This document shows positions 33,544-33,679 of a DNA stretch of 33,679 nt, piece by piece. The notes beneath the pieces were generated by a model. It ran no database searches, was not told the DNA's origin, and saw only the letters and a program-made list of their open reading frames with translations. Source of the DNA: Coniocarpon cinnabarinum (Eukaryota); the NCBI GenBank assembly GCA_051942205.1, contig JAVECO010000012.1, forward strand, positions 186,001-219,679. The letters run 5' to 3'. Position 1 is the stretch's first letter. The number at the start of each line of letters is the position of its first letter. Made by a program: the position numbers and the translations under genes.

Positions 33544-33679
33544 GAAGACGACGAGAATGAAGACGACGAGAATGAAGACGACGAGAATGAAGACGACGAG
33601 AATGAAGACGACGAGAATGAAGACGACGAGAATGAAGACGACGAGAATGAAGACGACGAGAATGAAGACGACGAGAATG
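33544..33679. repeat. Perfect minisatellite, at least 9 x 15 nt, running off the window edge
   Basis: (gaagacgacgagaat)9 with no mismatches, continuing to the last base. Confidence 0.97.

Noticed and set aside
33532..33679. Acidic EDDEN-repeat protein on the + strand
   Set aside because: That frame has a TGA at 33529-33531 and no start codon after it. A minus-strand gene entering from outside the window cannot be excluded.

Overview
Gene-dense, intron-containing genomic DNA from a filamentous ascomycete (Pezizomycotina; Dothideomycetes is my inference). I reconstructed 13 protein-coding genes by hand. Left to right: leukotriene A4 hydrolase-like aminopeptidase (cut by the left edge), BEM1, THP3-like, VPS36, an orphan three-exon F-box-like gene, a BTB/POZ protein, a DUF2415/WD40 (Gid11-like) protein, mitochondrial Hsp70 SSC1, a disordered protein with two His/Cys motifs, a beta-hydroxyacid dehydrogenase, ARG2, PGI1 and LEU1. 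The window ends in a ~1 kb stack of different minisatellites that runs off the right edge. The most interesting signal is just after the PGI1 stop: TGA-CTC is followed in frame by LAEEDTNSA-AKL-TAA, a cryptic peroxisomal targeting signal (PTS1) that stop-codon readthrough would expose. Other points of note are a 12-nt microexon carrying a predicted substrate-binding residue in the aminopeptidase, an alternative first exon or uORF in ARG2, candidate CpcA and LeuB sites, and degenerate repeats around the orphan gene. No rRNA, tRNA, CRISPR array or intact transposon was recognised. All family assignments come from motif recognition, not database searches.
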